NCBI GenBank assembly: GCA_964529785.1
Contig: CAZHAQ010000001.1
Location: 37,502 to 101,501, forward strand
Direction of reading: 5' to 3'
Origin: an uncultured Candidatus Saccharibacteria bacterium
GTDB taxonomy: Bacteria > Patescibacteriota > Saccharimonadia > Saccharimonadales > JACDBH01
DNA length: 64,000 nucleotides
Part shown: one piece after another, positions 62,543-64,000 of the stretch
How positions within the stretch are numbered: the stretch's first letter is position 1
How the letters are laid out: every line of letters begins with the position of its first letter
Translations under genes and position numbers: made by a program
Notes under the pieces: model-generated
What the model saw: only the letters and a program-made list of their open reading frames with translations
Told to the model about the DNA's origin: nothing
Databases searched by the model: none

Positions 62543-63766
62543 ATGTATTCAGAATTTTTCACTGCTGACTTTTTTATTAGCAATCGTCGTAAGTTACAGG
62601 AGTCTATAGACTCAGAACTAATCGTACTAAGCGCCAACGGGCTGTTGCAGCGCAGCGCTGATACAACTTTTCCATTTAGGCAAGATAGCAATTTTTGGTA
62701 CTTGACCGGAGTAGACGAACCGGATTTTGTGCTAGTAATTAATCGCGAAGAAACTTTTTTAATCGCGCCTAAAAGGGGCGAGCACCGAGACCAGTGGGAT
62801 GGAGCAATAGATAAAAAAGCTATTTTAGAAGCCTCAGGTATAGATGAAATTTTAGAGCATCATGCTGGCTGGACTAAACTGGATCTGATGATTAAAAAGT
62901 ATAAAAAAATCCATACAATATATCCAGCAGAAGCCTATCTGGATCATTTTGGTTTTTACGCTAATCCTGCAAGGGGCGCACTGTTAAGTTCGCTTAAAAA
63001 GCACCGTAAACTGGAAATAACCGACATAAGAAAACCGCTAGCCAGACTTAGGCAGATCAAGCAGCCGCCTGAGATTAAGGCTATTCAAAAGGCAATTGAT
63101 ATAACTTCCAAGTCATTGATAGCAGTAAAGAAGAAAATTAATAGCTACAATTACGAATATCAAGTAGAAGCCGATGTAACAAGGGAATTTTTAAGACGAA
63201 GTGCTAGCGGACATGCCTATCAGCCGATCATTGCCGCAGGTAGAAATGCAGCAACCATTCATTATATGAAAAACAATCAGCCTATAAATGAAGGTGCTTT
63301 ACTACTGATGGATGTCGGTGCTGAGGTGTGCAATTACAGTGCTGATATTACGAGGACCTTTGCAATTACAAAACCTACGACTAGACAGTTGGCTGTGTAC
63401 GAGGCAGTTAAAAATATGCGGGAGTATGCATTAAGCCTGCTCAGGCCTGGGTTGGATATGAAAAAATTTGAACAATCTGTAGATCGGGAAATGGCCAAGG
63501 AGCTTTTAAAGTTAAAATTAATTAACGATGTAGACGACAAGCGGAAATTAAAAAAGTATTATCCTCATCTGGTATCTCATTTTCTTGGCTTAGATACTCA
63601 CGATGCTGCCGACTATACCCAGCCGTTAGCAGATGGAATGGTACTTACTGTAGAGCCAGGAATATATATACCAGATGAGGATATAGGCATAAGGATAGAA
63701 GATAATATTCTTGTAACAGAGACCGGTATAGAAATTCTAAGCATTGACTTGCCGATCGATCTTTAA
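62543..63766 (+). CDS. pepP: Xaa-Pro aminopeptidase (M24B family)
   Basis: Creatinase-like N-domain and pita-bread metal ligands (SHFLGLDTHD, the VLTVEPGIY context, and D/H/E positions). Confidence 0.8.
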   Translation: MYSEFFTADFFISNRRKLQESIDSELIVLSANGLLQRSADTTFPFRQDSNFWYLTGVDEPDFVLVINREETFLIAPKRGEHRDQWDGAIDKKAILEASGIDEILEHHAGWTKLDLMIKKYKKIHTIYPAEAYLDHFGFYANPARGALLSSLKKHRKLEITDIRKPLARLRQIKQPPEIKAIQKAIDITSKSLIAVKKKINSYNYEYQVEADVTREFLRRSASGHAYQPIIAAGRNAATIHYMKNNQPINEGALLLMDVGAEVCNYSADITRTFAITKPTTRQLAVYEAVKNMREYALSLLRPGLDMKKFEQSVDREMAKELLKLKLINDVDDKRKLKKYYPHLVSHFLGLDTHDAADYTQPLADGMVLTVEPGIYIPDEDIGIRIEDNILVTETGIEILSIDLPIDL

Positions 63767-63826
63767 CTAATTTAGAATCGGGAATCTTTTATTTAAGGAG
63801 TCAATGAATTACAATGATGCTGAAGT

Positions 63827-64000
63827 ATGAAAAAACCTTGGTCTAGATTTCTAATTCGTTGGGTTGTCTGCAGCTTAGGATTGTGGATTGCTGCCGGCTT
63901 TTTAAGCGGTGGAATAGATTATAATGGCCAAATTGGGATAATTATTATGGCCGGACTTATACTGGCAATAATTAATACTTTAATAAGGCCTTTGGTCGTA
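63827..64000 (+). CDS. DUF360/holin-4-like small membrane protein (5' part, runs off the window)
   Basis: MKKPWSRFLIRWVVCSLGLWIAAGFLSGGIDYNG...LILAIINTLIRPLVV matches the YvlD/DUF360 four-TM family N-terminus. SD AAGGAG upstream. Confidence 0.4.
   Translation, partial: MKKPWSRFLIRWVVCSLGLWIAAGFLSGGIDYNGQIGIIIMAGLILAIINTLIRPLVV

Overview
This reads as a 64 kb stretch of core chromosome from a small-genome, AT-rich (about 40% GC) bacterium with Gram-positive-type surface proteins. The gene content fits a reduced, host-associated lineage such as the Candidate Phyla Radiation (Saccharibacteria-like), though that placement is inference only. About 60 plus-strand-biased genes, tightly packed. Confident housekeeping calls: pyk (3' part), pgk, tpiA, an intein-containing UvrD/PcrA helicase, a NUDIX hydrolase, rsmA/ksgA, metG, a TatD nuclease, a cysteine desulfurase, an F-type ATP synthase block (b, delta, alpha, gamma, beta, epsilon), mnmA, alaS (short form), ftsA, ruvX, mltG, two tandem LysM-LysM-CHAP peptidoglycan hydrolases, obg, sbcB, uvrA, uvrC, rplY/ctc, an MsbA-like ABC exporter, a TrhO rhodanese, MscS, DedA and an M24 aminopeptidase. 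One tmRNA gene (ssrA) is visible with an intact tag ORF and a G3:U wobble in the acceptor stem. No tRNA, rRNA or CRISPR arrays were seen. Points of interest: (i) a roughly 6.7 kb cluster of six secreted or membrane-anchored proteins between atpC and mnmA, whose gene architecture matches the Gram-positive Csc/WxL cell-surface-complex loci while the sequences are highly divergent; (ii) the ORF directly upstream of the ATP synthase genes carries an ATP-synthase c-subunit-like helical hairpin fused to a secreted N-terminal domain and lacks the ion-binding carboxylate, and no a/c genes lie in the operon; (iii) a 361-aa intein inserted in helicase motif III of UvrD; (iv) two compositional islands, one about 56% GC and bounded by a 16-bp inverted repeat; (v) gene decay: a nadD C-terminal remnant and a DUF4383 gene split at a T8 tract; (vi) several cell-wall hydrolases; (vii) an exact TTGACA-N17-TATAAT promoter before the ftsA operon.
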